From: a virus
Taxonomy: Duplodnaviria; Caudoviricetes
Direction: 5' to 3' (one strand)
DNA: 24,637 nucleotides
Virus record (IMG/VR): IMGVR_UViG_3300025078_000023
Span: 1-24,637 of that record
Part shown: positions 1 to 8,589 of the stretch, in pieces
How the letters are laid out: the number at the start of each line of letters is the position of its first letter
Position numbering within the stretch: position 1 is the stretch's first letter
The notes under the pieces: generated by a model
The model's input: the letters and a program-made list of their open reading frames with translations, nothing else
What the model was told of the DNA's origin: nothing
Database searches by the model: none
Made by a program: the position numbers and the translations under genes

Positions 1-2
1 AT

Positions 3-206
3 ATAGTGAGGTATGATTATCCTCACTATTACAGATACGGATATGATTACTATTACAGACCATTAGAAGTTCGCCAGTATCGTCAATATACGCCAGTTAG
101 AAGTGGAAGTAGTGGTGGCGGTAAAGAGGTTAGTGGGACTACCCACACAGGAACTGTGAGAAAAGATACACCAGAGAGAAAGAAATCTTGGGGGAATAAA
201 TACTAA
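3..206 (+). CDS. Hypothetical protein, probably 5'-truncated; Tyr-rich segment, then Gly/Ser-rich and basic tail
   Basis: Frame is open from the window edge (ATA at 3, GTG at 6) to TAA at 204-206; co-oriented with downstream genes. Confidence 0.55.
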   Translation: MVRYDYPHYYRYGYDYYYRPLEVRQYRQYTPVRSGSSGGGKEVSGTTHTGTVRKDTPERKKSWGNKY

Positions 207-252
207 AATGGATGGCGAAAACAATTAATAATAATAATAACAAGGAGATAAA

Positions 253-504
253 ATGATATTAGATAAGTACAGATTAAGAAAAGAACAAGGTACACTTTCT
301 CTTAAAAGAGTAGGTTACGATGTTATTTTAACTCGGGATGGAGAAGGTGTCCCTGATAAAAAGATTACTTCTGCCTATGTAAAAGATAAATTAAAAGAAT
401 TAGCTGTATCTAAAAGTGAATCAATAGTTTACTATGAAAATATGATAAGTGATTATGAAGAAGCTTTTAAAGATATTAAAGAACAAGAAGCCTTAGTCTT
501 ATAA
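253..504 (+). CDS. Hypothetical protein (83 aa)
   Basis: Strong SD (AAGGAG) upstream; stop overlaps the next start (TAATG at 502-506). Confidence 0.8.
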   Translation: MILDKYRLRKEQGTLSLKRVGYDVILTRDGEGVPDKKITSAYVKDKLKELAVSKSESIVYYENMISDYEEAFKDIKEQEALVL

Positions 505-1838
505 TGGCAGATATTATAATAGATAGCGACTCTGGTAAGTTAAAAGCTGGAGGAGACCAAGATTTAGAAATATATAATGACGGTAGTCATTCTTATATAA
601 AGAATACTGTTGATGACCAAACTATAGTCCTTGCGACTAGTACTGGCGGGGCTACCACTACTGCTGTTACCGTTGATGGTAGTAATGATGTAACAATGGT
701 AGGTAATATCATAATGGCAGACGATACTTCCATTGGTATTGCTGATGATGCTGAAAGAATTGAATTTGATGGGGCTGGTGATATATCTTTATTAGGTGCC
801 AATGTCGGCATCGGGACAGTGTCGCCTAATATTACTGGATTTACAAAAGCCTTAACTATAGATGGAGGTTCTGCTGCTTCCAGTGGACTTGAATTAGCTA
901 AAAATGGTACGGTAAAAGGTGCATTATTTGTTGATGGGGGTGATGATGAATTAACACTTGCACAAGTTGCACCTGAGAAATTATATTTTAATACTGGCGG
1001 GACTGGCACTTCATATAGGCGTATGACCATAGACTCATCAGGCAATGTCGGAATTGGAAAAACCCCTGAAGCATGGACATCTTTTAACAAAATATTAGAA
1101 GTTGGTGATGCCTACAATATTGCTAATGCTTCTGGTCAGACTTATGTGTCAAATAATAGCTATTACGATGGTTCTTATAGAGCGATTGTATCAGGGTATG
1201 GTACTTATATACAGCATAGTATAACTGGTTCAGGGATTATATTTGGAACAACATCAGATACAAAAGAGGAAGATGTGGCATTTACTGGTAGGGCTGAACG
1301 TATGCGTATCGACTCTGCAGGCGACGTAACAATACAAACAGGCGACCTCATCATGGGTACAAGTGGCAAAGGTATTAGTTTTGCAGCAACTGCTAATGCT
1401 GGTGGAATGACAAGCGAAATCCTCGATGATTATGAGGAAGGGACTTTTAGTCCAACTCTGGTGGATGATAGTGATGTTGAACCTAATACTTGGGGAGATT
1501 ATATACAAAGGTATGGTTATTATACTAAAATTGGTGATGTGGTTCATATTCAGGCTAAAATGAGACCCCGCAATCTTACTAATATGAATACAGCTGCTGC
1601 TTTTAAAATAGCTAATCTTCCTTTTCCTATAAGTTCTGCTAATAGCTATTATCCTGCATTTGCCATCGGTGGATGGGGTGGCACAGCTTGGGGTTCTAAC
1701 TATGCTTGTATAGTGGGCGTTAATAATACTAGTTATATAAATGTTTATGTAACTGACGGGGATACATCTACAATAATGACGCTTGCTACTTTCTCGGCTA
1801 ATGGAGACGTGCAATTTTCTGGTACGTATCATACATAA
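504..1838 (+). CDS. Tail fibre / receptor-binding protein (444 aa)
   Basis: Gly/Thr/Asp-rich beta-type repeats (ANVGIGTVSP, RMTIDSSGNVGIG, RMRIDSAGDV) and a C-terminal LDDYEEGTFSP...YTKIGDVVHI...NLPF tip domain of the kind common in marine phage fibres. Confidence 0.85.
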   Translation: MADIIIDSDSGKLKAGGDQDLEIYNDGSHSYIKNTVDDQTIVLATSTGGATTTAVTVDGSNDVTMVGNIIMADDTSIGIADDAERIEFDGAGDISLLGANVGIGTVSPNITGFTKALTIDGGSAASSGLELAKNGTVKGALFVDGGDDELTLAQVAPEKLYFNTGGTGTSYRRMTIDSSGNVGIGKTPEAWTSFNKILEVGDAYNIANASGQTYVSNNSYYDGSYRAIVSGYGTYIQHSITGSGIIFGTTSDTKEEDVAFTGRAERMRIDSAGDVTIQTGDLIMGTSGKGISFAATANAGGMTSEILDDYEEGTFSPTLVDDSDVEPNTWGDYIQRYGYYTKIGDVVHIQAKMRPRNLTNMNTAAAFKIANLPFPISSANSYYPAFAIGGWGGTAWGSNYACIVGVNNTSYINVYVTDGDTSTIMTLATFSANGDVQFSGTYHT

Positions 1839-1894
1839 TAATTCAATACTATATGGATATATAGTTGGAAACGAATAACAATAAGGAATAAAAA

Positions 1895-2152
1895 ATGGCT
1901 TTAACAAAAGAAGTAAAATACGACAAGATTGAAATTGTCGGTGATTACAAAGCGGTACAATGCCGTCAAGCAACCATAATTAGTGAAGATGGAGTAGAAC
2001 TTTCAAGAAGTTTTCATCGTCATGTACTTCACCCCGATTCAGATATTAGTGGTGAACCACAGGAAACGCAAGACATCTGTAATGCAGTTTGGACAGATGA
2101 AGTGAAAGAAGCTTGGGCTGAATTTCAAGAAAGTCAGTCAATTGGTGAATAA
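1895..2152 (+). CDS. Small acidic fibre-associated protein (85 aa), possible fibre assembly chaperone
   Basis: SD AAGGA. The pattern DKIEIVG...VQCRQAT...DGVELSRSFHRHVL...ICNAVWT resembles small proteins typically encoded right after YEEGT-type fibres; the chaperone role is inferred. Confidence 0.7.
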   Translation: MALTKEVKYDKIEIVGDYKAVQCRQATIISEDGVELSRSFHRHVLHPDSDISGEPQETQDICNAVWTDEVKEAWAEFQESQSIGE

Positions 2153-2198
2153 CCTACAATCCTACAATACTACGCAAAATTTAATGAGATAATGAGCA

Positions 2199-2633
2199 GT
2201 GATTATTAGAAGAAGTTCACAAGGAGAGAATATTCGTATTTATAGGAATACAACACCTGGTGCTACAAGGATAAGAAATTATAAAGATGGTAAGACAGCA
2301 AGCGTATCTTATCCACCTTCTAAGGTATATTTCGTTACTGTTGATAGTGAAGTTGTCAAGTCTACTAATAGTTTAAAAGTCGCAGAAGAGTTTTATACTA
2401 CAGAATGTAAAAAAGTATATCCCAATACTCATGGAAGACAATTAGTTGGTAAGCATAAGATGATAAATAAAGTATGTACTGCAAAGGATGATTACCCAAC
2501 AAGTTCAAATACTAAAAATGATATAAAATCGTTCTTAGACATTAGAAGTGTAAGTTATGATTCAGATGATACTAAAAATAAATTATTAGATATTGTGACA
2601 AGTTTAAACCCATACTCCGAATTAGAATGGTAA
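2199..2633 (+). CDS. Hypothetical protein (144 aa) with C-terminal HeH/LEM-like motif
   Basis: GTG start; C-terminal TKNDIKSFLDIRSVSYDSDDTKNKLLDIV resembles a helix-extension-helix motif. Confidence 0.65.
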   Translation: MIIRRSSQGENIRIYRNTTPGATRIRNYKDGKTASVSYPPSKVYFVTVDSEVVKSTNSLKVAEEFYTTECKKVYPNTHGRQLVGKHKMINKVCTAKDDYPTSSNTKNDIKSFLDIRSVSYDSDDTKNKLLDIVTSLNPYSELEW

Positions 2634-2794
2634 AAGATTATTTAGATAAAATAATTGTTTGTTCTCTTTTTCTAAATAGCATTTTAATTGCTATTATTCT
2701 TAGCCAAACAAGTCATAAATTGATGCCTACGATTATAATCGGATTGCTTATAACAATTGGATTAAAAATTACTAAGAAAGTATGGAATGATTAA
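2627..2794 (+). CDS. Small two-TM membrane protein (55 aa), holin candidate; absent from the ORF track
   Basis: Manual translation MVKDYLDKIIVCSLFLNSILIAIILSQTSHKLMPTIIIGLLITIGLKITKKVWND; fills the gap and overlaps both neighbours; two hydrophobic helices and a basic C-terminus. Confidence 0.7.
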   Translation: MVKDYLDKIIVCSLFLNSILIAIILSQTSHKLMPTIIIGLLITIGLKITKKVWND

Positions 2795-3092
2795 TCTTGA
2801 GACATATGCAGAATATGGGGCAATTGGAGTAATAGTAGTTTTGTTTGCTATGATGATAATCAATTTGATTAAAAGTCAAAAGATACAGAATGAGGACTTA
2901 GATGGGATTAGACAGTCAATTGCTAAGGGTGAGACTAAGATGTCTAATATTGAAGGAATAGTATTAAAGATGTTGGATAGATGGAATCGTTCAGATGAAA
3001 TCTCTCAAAGACATAGAGAAGATATAGTGAAGGAATTAAATGATGTTACAGACGGCCTAGCATACTTAAAGGGCAGGATAAATGGAAAATGA
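2787..3092 (+). CDS. N-terminal TM plus coiled-coil protein (101 aa), BhlA-like holin candidate
   Basis: TM segment YGAIGVIVVLFAMMIINLI followed by a heptad-rich region; ATGA overlap with the next gene. Confidence 0.65.
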   Translation: MINLETYAEYGAIGVIVVLFAMMIINLIKSQKIQNEDLDGIRQSIAKGETKMSNIEGIVLKMLDRWNRSDEISQRHREDIVKELNDVTDGLAYLKGRINGK

Positions 3093-3346
3093 ATAAGAGT
3101 CAAGTGGATAATTGGAGAACAGATACACAAACAAGATTAGAGGAGTTGACCATTATGAGTGCCAAGCAAAATAGTGACATTCATTATATTAAAGATACTG
3201 TAGATGAAATCAAAAGTCTAGTAAAGGAACAAAACGGAAGAGTTAGGACATTGGAACAGCAGACCTCATATATTAAAGCTATTGGTGCTGTGGTTACCGT
3301 ATTCTTTTCTGGTTTCATTGGCTGGATTTTTAACACGAGGAGTTAA
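3089..3346 (+). CDS. Coiled-coil plus C-terminal TM protein (85 aa), XhlA-like architecture
   Basis: KEQNGRVRTLE coiled coil followed by the TM segment AIGAVVTVFFSGFIGWIF. Confidence 0.65.
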   Translation: MNKSQVDNWRTDTQTRLEELTIMSAKQNSDIHYIKDTVDEIKSLVKEQNGRVRTLEQQTSYIKAIGAVVTVFFSGFIGWIFNTRS

Positions 3347-3347
3347 T

Positions 3348-3539
3348 ATGAGTGAAGTAATCAGTTTTGTAGGAGGTAATTATCTTGTAATCTTATCATC
3401 GGTGTCAAGCATTGTTGGTGGGTTTGCAGTTTTAGCCTCTCTTACACCGAATAAAAGTGATGATAGAATAGTACAAATCATTTTAGATGTTGTAAATTTT
3501 ATCGGAGCTAACTTTGGCAAAGCAAAGAATGATAAATAA
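3348..3539 (+). CDS. Small membrane protein (63 aa) with TPNKSDD motif, holin-like
   Basis: Start reassigned from 3282 to ATG 3348, which follows SD GAGGAG; hydrophobic helix, TPNKSDD, then an amphipathic helix. Confidence 0.7.
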   Translation: MSEVISFVGGNYLVILSSVSSIVGGFAVLASLTPNKSDDRIVQIILDVVNFIGANFGKAKNDK

Positions 3540-3553
3540 TAGGGTAAAAGACG

Positions 3554-3703
3554 ATGTTAAAAAAGATAATAAGTCGTTTAGTTCGCAAACATGGCATGGT
3601 GGGAATCTTGCTTATGATTGGCGACATTGCAGTTAAGCAAACTAAGACAAAAGAAGATGATAAAATCTGGGCAAAGGTCAAAGAGTTATTAGAAAGTTTC
3701 TAG
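3554..3703 (+). CDS. Small amphipathic protein (49 aa) with TKTKEDD motif; absent from the ORF track
   Basis: Manual translation MLKKIISRLVRKHGMVGILLMIGDIAVKQTKTKEDDKIWAKVKELLESF; ends 1 nt before the next start codon. Confidence 0.7.
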   Translation: MLKKIISRLVRKHGMVGILLMIGDIAVKQTKTKEDDKIWAKVKELLESF

Positions 3704-3704
3704 C

Positions 3705-6560
3705 GTGCCAAAACAAATCTGGAAAATAGATGAGTTTCATGGTGGAATTAATGATAATGCAGACCCCAGAGATATTCTAAACAATGAGTTGGCTGTCGCT
3801 GAGAATGTGGCAGTCAGCGAGTTAGGTAAATTGAGAATGTTGGGAGGAGTTGGGGATGCTCATACAGCTCCTACTGACGCAGACGTATCTGCTGGATATG
3901 GATTGTTTCAATTTAGTCATGATATGGCTGGGGCTGATGTTGTGGGAGAAGTAGCTATAGCTCCAACCGATTACTTAGCTTTATCTGATACTCTCGATAC
4001 TACTGGTGGAGATTCTAGTACTTCAGTTATAGATTTAGCTGCGGATGGAGGGGCATGGTCTGACGGAGGGGCTGATAATGTAGGAGTTACATTTAGTAAT
4101 GCAGTTAGCGGAAAAGCTGATATGTATTTTGTAGATGGAGCCCTTAGAGTTTCAGATGCTGGTTTTGATGCGACAGCTGCTCCAAAGTGGTATGGATATA
4201 TTGGAGATAATTCTAGTGGGACTGCAGCTAATAAAGTGATGATGACTACAGCTTCTACAAGCGTTTCTCTTCCTAAAAAGTTTTATGAAAGAAATTCTAA
4301 AATTGCTAAGCCATCCAGTTCTACATATGAACCTGCCGAAACTCAACCTATACATTCTGCTTCATATACAGCAGCGGCATCTGAAATAAATGCATTAAGC
4401 CTTACTTCTGCGACTAGTGCTAGTGATGCTGTTGTTCATGGTAATATAACTGGAGCAAGCGTAGATGAGGTAACAAGAGTTATTGTTGAAATAGAAGCTG
4501 TAATGAAAGATGATTCATTAAGCATAGCTGGGTCATGGGATTATGATATTAAAGTTGAAGAAGATGATGGAGGTAACGAAATAGAGATTACTGATAATAT
4601 AGGTCAAGGGCCATTAATAAATTATCATAGTTTTGAATATACTTCTAATGTTACAGTTGACCAAGATTGGAGCATTACATTAACGGTAGCCAGCATAGAT
4701 ACAGATAGCATTGAACGTATAAAAGTTAATTCTGTGGAATTTATTAAAGCATCTGGGAGCTATTCTGACCATACTGGTTTATCTAACTCATCACATAATT
4801 TTCATATTTCATTAAAACAACATAGTGGTTCAGTCACTGATGCTTTCGGATGGGGAGAGAAATGGGAAATAGGAATGAGTCTAATCTATGATGGTAATCA
4901 AGAAAGTCTCATTAGACAATTAGTAGATGAATCTGCAACAACAGATAAGGTTTTTGATTGGACAAGTTATAACGATAGACCTCCAGATATAGCAGTGTTT
5001 TGTCAATATGGTACAGGTTGGAACCCTAGAATAACTGGAGCTGTTGTTTATATGAAAAGAGTTTTAGATAAACAATGGTATCCACAATTAGAATTAGATT
5101 TTGTAAGAGGGAACGGGACTGCTATTTTTTCTGATAAAGAAAGACCTGTCCAGTTTGCGTCTCTTGACAGTGTTAATAGTTATATATTTCAATTTTATCA
5201 AGAAGATTTATTAGAACCTCAATTTGCTCTAACATACGAATCAAGAACTGGGATTAGCCATGAGGAAAAATCAATATCATCTCTTTGGAAAACATCTTGT
5301 GTTGCAAATAGAAGAGCTTATATAGGAAATTTAAAAACTGCCAATGAGGATGGTACGGTGGAATTTTTGCCAGATACTATGATTAGAAGTCTTCCAAATA
5401 AATTTGATATATTTCCTATATCTGAGAAGGTTGACGTAGCTATTAATGATGGAGAGGAAATAATTGCTATTGAGGAATTTAATGATAGGATATTGCAATT
5501 TAAAGAAAGAACCTTATATATTATTAACGCCTCTCAAGATACAGAATTTTTAGAAGATAAATTAGATTATAGAGGGGTAACTCATCAAGCATCGGTATTT
5601 AAAACAGAATATGGTATTGTTTGGGCTAATGTGCATGGATGTTTTTATTATGATGGAAGAAGGGTAAATGATTTATTAGAGAAAGATGGAAGACCTTTGA
5701 TTAAGCAATCAACGTGGGAAAGCTTTGCGGGGACTCCATTGGTAGGATATACTCCAAAAACAAAACAAGTTATAGTTGTAAGAGATTGTAGAGCATTATT
5801 TACACTTACTGGTTCAATAAATGTAACAGGCACGAACACAGCTGTACCTGGTACTGGAACGAAATTTCTTACAGAGCTTCATATAGGAGATAGCATTGTT
5901 GTTTCTGGAGAAACGAGAACAGTGTCTTCAATTACAAATAATACTACGGCAACAGTTAGTGCTGCTTGGGGTAGCGATTTAGCTAATGACGCTTCACCAG
6001 ATTGTATACCAGCAGGAGATGCATATATATATGATATGATAACAAAAAGTTGGACTAAAGCTGTTGGGGCCTTTCCAACTACTAATAAAACAAATTTTGC
6101 AATTGATTGGGCTGGGGATTTAATTTATTCAAGTCATGATGGAGATGCAACTTCTCTTTTAAAGAAGTGGACTGATACTCCAACACAAACTTTGCCTAAG
6201 GTTATTACTAAAGATATAGACTTTGGGAATCCAAGTCAAAAGAAGTCTGTTAAAAAAGTATATATATCATATAAAGGAGACGGTTCTGCGGTGACATTTC
6301 TGTATGGGAAGGATGGAATTATACCTGCCTCTAATTTTTATAGAACTGGGGCTGATGGTTCAAGTACAAATGCGACTGATAGTGCAACCCCACTTCATTC
6401 AAGCACTGTTGGTATAGATGATTGGGTATGTGCAGAATTAAAACCAGTAGCAGGTTCCATTACTTGTAATAGTTTTAGAATAGCAATAGATGGTACAGCT
6501 GGGACTGATTTTGAAATCAATGATATATCTATAGTATATAGACCTAAGTCGGTGAAATAA
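3705..6560 (+). CDS. Tail nozzle / stabilisation-like protein (951 aa; P22 gp10 / T7 gp12-like role inferred)
   Basis: N-terminal FHGGINDNADPRDI..NE...ENV....G.L and C-terminal TKDIDFGNPSQKKSVKKVYISYK...EINDISIVYR patterns, beta-rich composition, and position directly before the core proteins. Confidence 0.7.
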   Translation: MPKQIWKIDEFHGGINDNADPRDILNNELAVAENVAVSELGKLRMLGGVGDAHTAPTDADVSAGYGLFQFSHDMAGADVVGEVAIAPTDYLALSDTLDTTGGDSSTSVIDLAADGGAWSDGGADNVGVTFSNAVSGKADMYFVDGALRVSDAGFDATAAPKWYGYIGDNSSGTAANKVMMTTASTSVSLPKKFYERNSKIAKPSSSTYEPAETQPIHSASYTAAASEINALSLTSATSASDAVVHGNITGASVDEVTRVIVEIEAVMKDDSLSIAGSWDYDIKVEEDDGGNEIEITDNIGQGPLINYHSFEYTSNVTVDQDWSITLTVASIDTDSIERIKVNSVEFIKASGSYSDHTGLSNSSHNFHISLKQHSGSVTDAFGWGEKWEIGMSLIYDGNQESLIRQLVDESATTDKVFDWTSYNDRPPDIAVFCQYGTGWNPRITGAVVYMKRVLDKQWYPQLELDFVRGNGTAIFSDKERPVQFASLDSVNSYIFQFYQEDLLEPQFALTYESRTGISHEEKSISSLWKTSCVANRRAYIGNLKTANEDGTVEFLPDTMIRSLPNKFDIFPISEKVDVAINDGEEIIAIEEFNDRILQFKERTLYIINASQDTEFLEDKLDYRGVTHQASVFKTEYGIVWANVHGCFYYDGRRVNDLLEKDGRPLIKQSTWESFAGTPLVGYTPKTKQVIVVRDCRALFTLTGSINVTGTNTAVPGTGTKFLTELHIGDSIVVSGETRTVSSITNNTTATVSAAWGSDLANDASPDCIPAGDAYIYDMITKSWTKAVGAFPTTNKTNFAIDWAGDLIYSSHDGDATSLLKKWTDTPTQTLPKVITKDIDFGNPSQKKSVKKVYISYKGDGSAVTFLYGKDGIIPASNFYRTGADGSSTNATDSATPLHSSTVGIDDWVCAELKPVAGSITCNSFRIAIDGTAGTDFEINDISIVYRPKSVK

Positions 6561-6564
6561 AGAA

Positions 6565-6606
6565 TTGATTAATATGAACAGATACATTAACTTTAGTAAA
6601 TATAAT
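6565..6606 (+). promoter_or_regulatory. Possible sigma70-like promoter upstream of the core-protein cluster
   Basis: TTGATT (6565-6570), 17 nt, TAACTT (6588-6593), plus TATAAT at 6601-6606, in one of the few intergenic gaps. The AT-rich background weakens this. Confidence 0.3.
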
Positions 6607-6616
6607 AAGGTCTAAA

Positions 6617-7969
6617 ATGGCACGTGTAGGTCAATACAAAGCTCTCGGTACAAAATTAGGTGGATATAAGTCTACTTTATCTAAAATTGAATCTAAGGAA
6701 TATGGTAAAAAACATGCTGATTGGAAAGCTGCGGAGGAAATATCATTATATAACCAAATAGGTGGAACTGTTGCTAATGTCATCGGCATTGCGCAGGAAT
6801 CAAGGATTGCAAGAGAACAAGCAGATATGTATGCTAGAGAATTTGGGATTGACCCAGGTGACAAATTTGCTAAGAGAGTCACTAAGGAAGGCAAAGAGCA
6901 AAATCCATGGCTGAAATTGTCCGAAGAAGCACAAGATGAAGCATTTTGGGCAGATGAAAATATGAGTGATAAAGTAGTCGGGTTGCCTGAGACTCCAGAT
7001 TCTCAGTCATCTTTGTTTGAAGGAGAACCAGGAGAAACTTCACCTATATCTAGACAAAACATTAGTGGTGGGATTGCTGATACTGAGACAGCATATCAAG
7101 AAAGTTTAAAAAATTTTTCCCCATCTCCACGTAAGTCGGTTCATCAATTAGAGAGTGAATCTTTAAGAAGCAATTTTAAAGAGCAAGACTACGACACAAT
7201 GGGAGGAAGGACTGGGGCAACTGCTTATAAAGAAATATCTACATCTACCCCTACTATTATGAGCCAAAATCCAAATGTTTATGGGATGGAGAATGAAGCT
7301 TTAAGAAATGCAAATTCTCCTTATCTTCAAAACCCAGACGATTATAAACCATCAGGTGTATCTCCTACATTTTTACCCAATGAGGTAACTGATAATACGG
7401 CTTTTAATGCCGTGTCAGACCCTCTGTTGGGAGATTTAGATACAAGTGTTAAATCTTCTTCTGTTGAGCAAGCTATGCTAAATAAATTTGGAAAATCTGG
7501 GGCTAGTAAAGATAAGCTAGATGAATTAATTGATGTTATAGGAACTGTTGAATCTGGAAATCAAAATATTGCTCAAATTGGAGGGGGACCTGGTCGTGGA
7601 ATATTTCAATTTGAAACTGGAGAAGGAAAAGGAATGCATACAGCTTTAAATAGAATAAAAAGAATGTATACAGAAAAAAAACATCTTGGTCAAGATACAT
7701 ATCCATCTTGGATTGATGATGCTTCAAACCCAAATCACGAAAACTATTTAGATGCTACAAAATTAAGTCCTTCTCAACAAAGAGAACTTCTTATTGCAGA
7801 TTTATACATGAAAGCAGGAAGTGATGAATATTTAAAAACAGCATTTAGTAGTGGAAATTATAAAGATTTATGGTTAGAAAGTCATTGGGCTGGGGCAGAC
7901 GAAGATAAAGAATCTAAATCTGCTTATTATGATAGTGTTATGACTAAAAATAAAAGGAGAAAATACTAA
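6617..7969 (+). CDS. Internal virion protein (450 aa) with C-terminal lysozyme-like domain
   Basis: VES (E312) followed by GRGIFQF (G328), a lysozyme/lytic transglycosylase-superfamily pattern; disordered-looking middle region; no Cys. Confidence 0.65.
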   Translation: MARVGQYKALGTKLGGYKSTLSKIESKEYGKKHADWKAAEEISLYNQIGGTVANVIGIAQESRIAREQADMYAREFGIDPGDKFAKRVTKEGKEQNPWLKLSEEAQDEAFWADENMSDKVVGLPETPDSQSSLFEGEPGETSPISRQNISGGIADTETAYQESLKNFSPSPRKSVHQLESESLRSNFKEQDYDTMGGRTGATAYKEISTSTPTIMSQNPNVYGMENEALRNANSPYLQNPDDYKPSGVSPTFLPNEVTDNTAFNAVSDPLLGDLDTSVKSSSVEQAMLNKFGKSGASKDKLDELIDVIGTVESGNQNIAQIGGGPGRGIFQFETGEGKGMHTALNRIKRMYTEKKHLGQDTYPSWIDDASNPNHENYLDATKLSPSQQRELLIADLYMKAGSDEYLKTAFSSGNYKDLWLESHWAGADEDKESKSAYYDSVMTKNKRRKY

Positions 7970-8589
7970 TGGGATTTGGTTCAACAATGGCTGCGTCCGG
8001 GGCTACTTCTTTACTGGGTTCTTTCGGGACTGGGGCTTCGATAGGCGGGGCTGCTGGTGGGGCTTCTATGTTAGCTACAAATCCTATTGGATGGGCTATG
8101 CTTGGAATCGGGGCTGCCACTTCTATGCTGGGGACTGGAGCCGAAAGAAAAGCTGGTGAAAGAAAGATGGGATACATAGGTGAACAACAATCTATGTTAG
8201 CGGGAGCAGGTCAACAAGTTACTGAATTAGCTGGTATGAAAACAGAGTTAGCTCAAGACGTATATGGTACAGACCTTAATAGGTCTATGTTCCAAACTGG
8301 TCAAGACTTATTTGGATTAAAAAGACAGGGGGAAAGCGCAGCTGCTCGTACAGGATTTGCTCATTCTGGTCAAGTGCAAGGTCAAATACAAAGAGGGATG
8401 GAGGCTGGTGTCCAATCTTTTGGATTTCAAAGACAAGGTTTGCAAGATGTTCTTGGTCAAAAATTAATGGACATATCTGAATGGGAGGGTGGAGAGCAGG
8501 GCAGAATAAAATCCGAACAAGCAAGATTGAAATATGAAATGAAAGAAGCAGTAGCTCAAAAAAATAAGAAATTTCTGGGGATATTCTAA
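7969..8589 (+). CDS. Internal virion / ejection protein (206 aa)
   Basis: Gly/Ala-rich hydrophobic N-terminus (NPIGWAMLGIGAA) then Gln-rich helical region, the architecture of T7 gp14 / P22 gp7-type ejection proteins; SD AAGGAG; TAATG coupling at both ends. Confidence 0.7.
   Translation: MGFGSTMAASGATSLLGSFGTGASIGGAAGGASMLATNPIGWAMLGIGAATSMLGTGAERKAGERKMGYIGEQQSMLAGAGQQVTELAGMKTELAQDVYGTDLNRSMFQTGQDLFGLKRQGESAAARTGFAHSGQVQGQIQRGMEAGVQSFGFQRQGLQDVLGQKLMDISEWEGGEQGRIKSEQARLKYEMKEAVAQKNKKFLGIF

Noticed and set aside
226-240. Short (TAA)n run upstream of ORF 253
   Set aside because: Short AT-rich microsatellite with no evidence of function beyond an A-rich translation leader.
504-1838. Diversity-generating retroelement acting on the fibre
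   Set aside because: No reverse transcriptase and no template/variable repeat pair seen in this window.
593-1973. Minus-strand ORFs 593-1090 and 1254-1973
   Set aside because: Antisense shadows of the tail-fibre gene with no recognisable motifs.
3282-3347. 5' extension of ORF 3282-3539
   Set aside because: Overlaps the upstream gene; ATG 3348 has a clear SD.
7995-8140. Recurrent GGGGCT / GGGACT hexamers
   Set aside because: Explained by Gly-Ala and Gly-Thr codons in a low-complexity protein region; no spacer structure, so not CRISPR.
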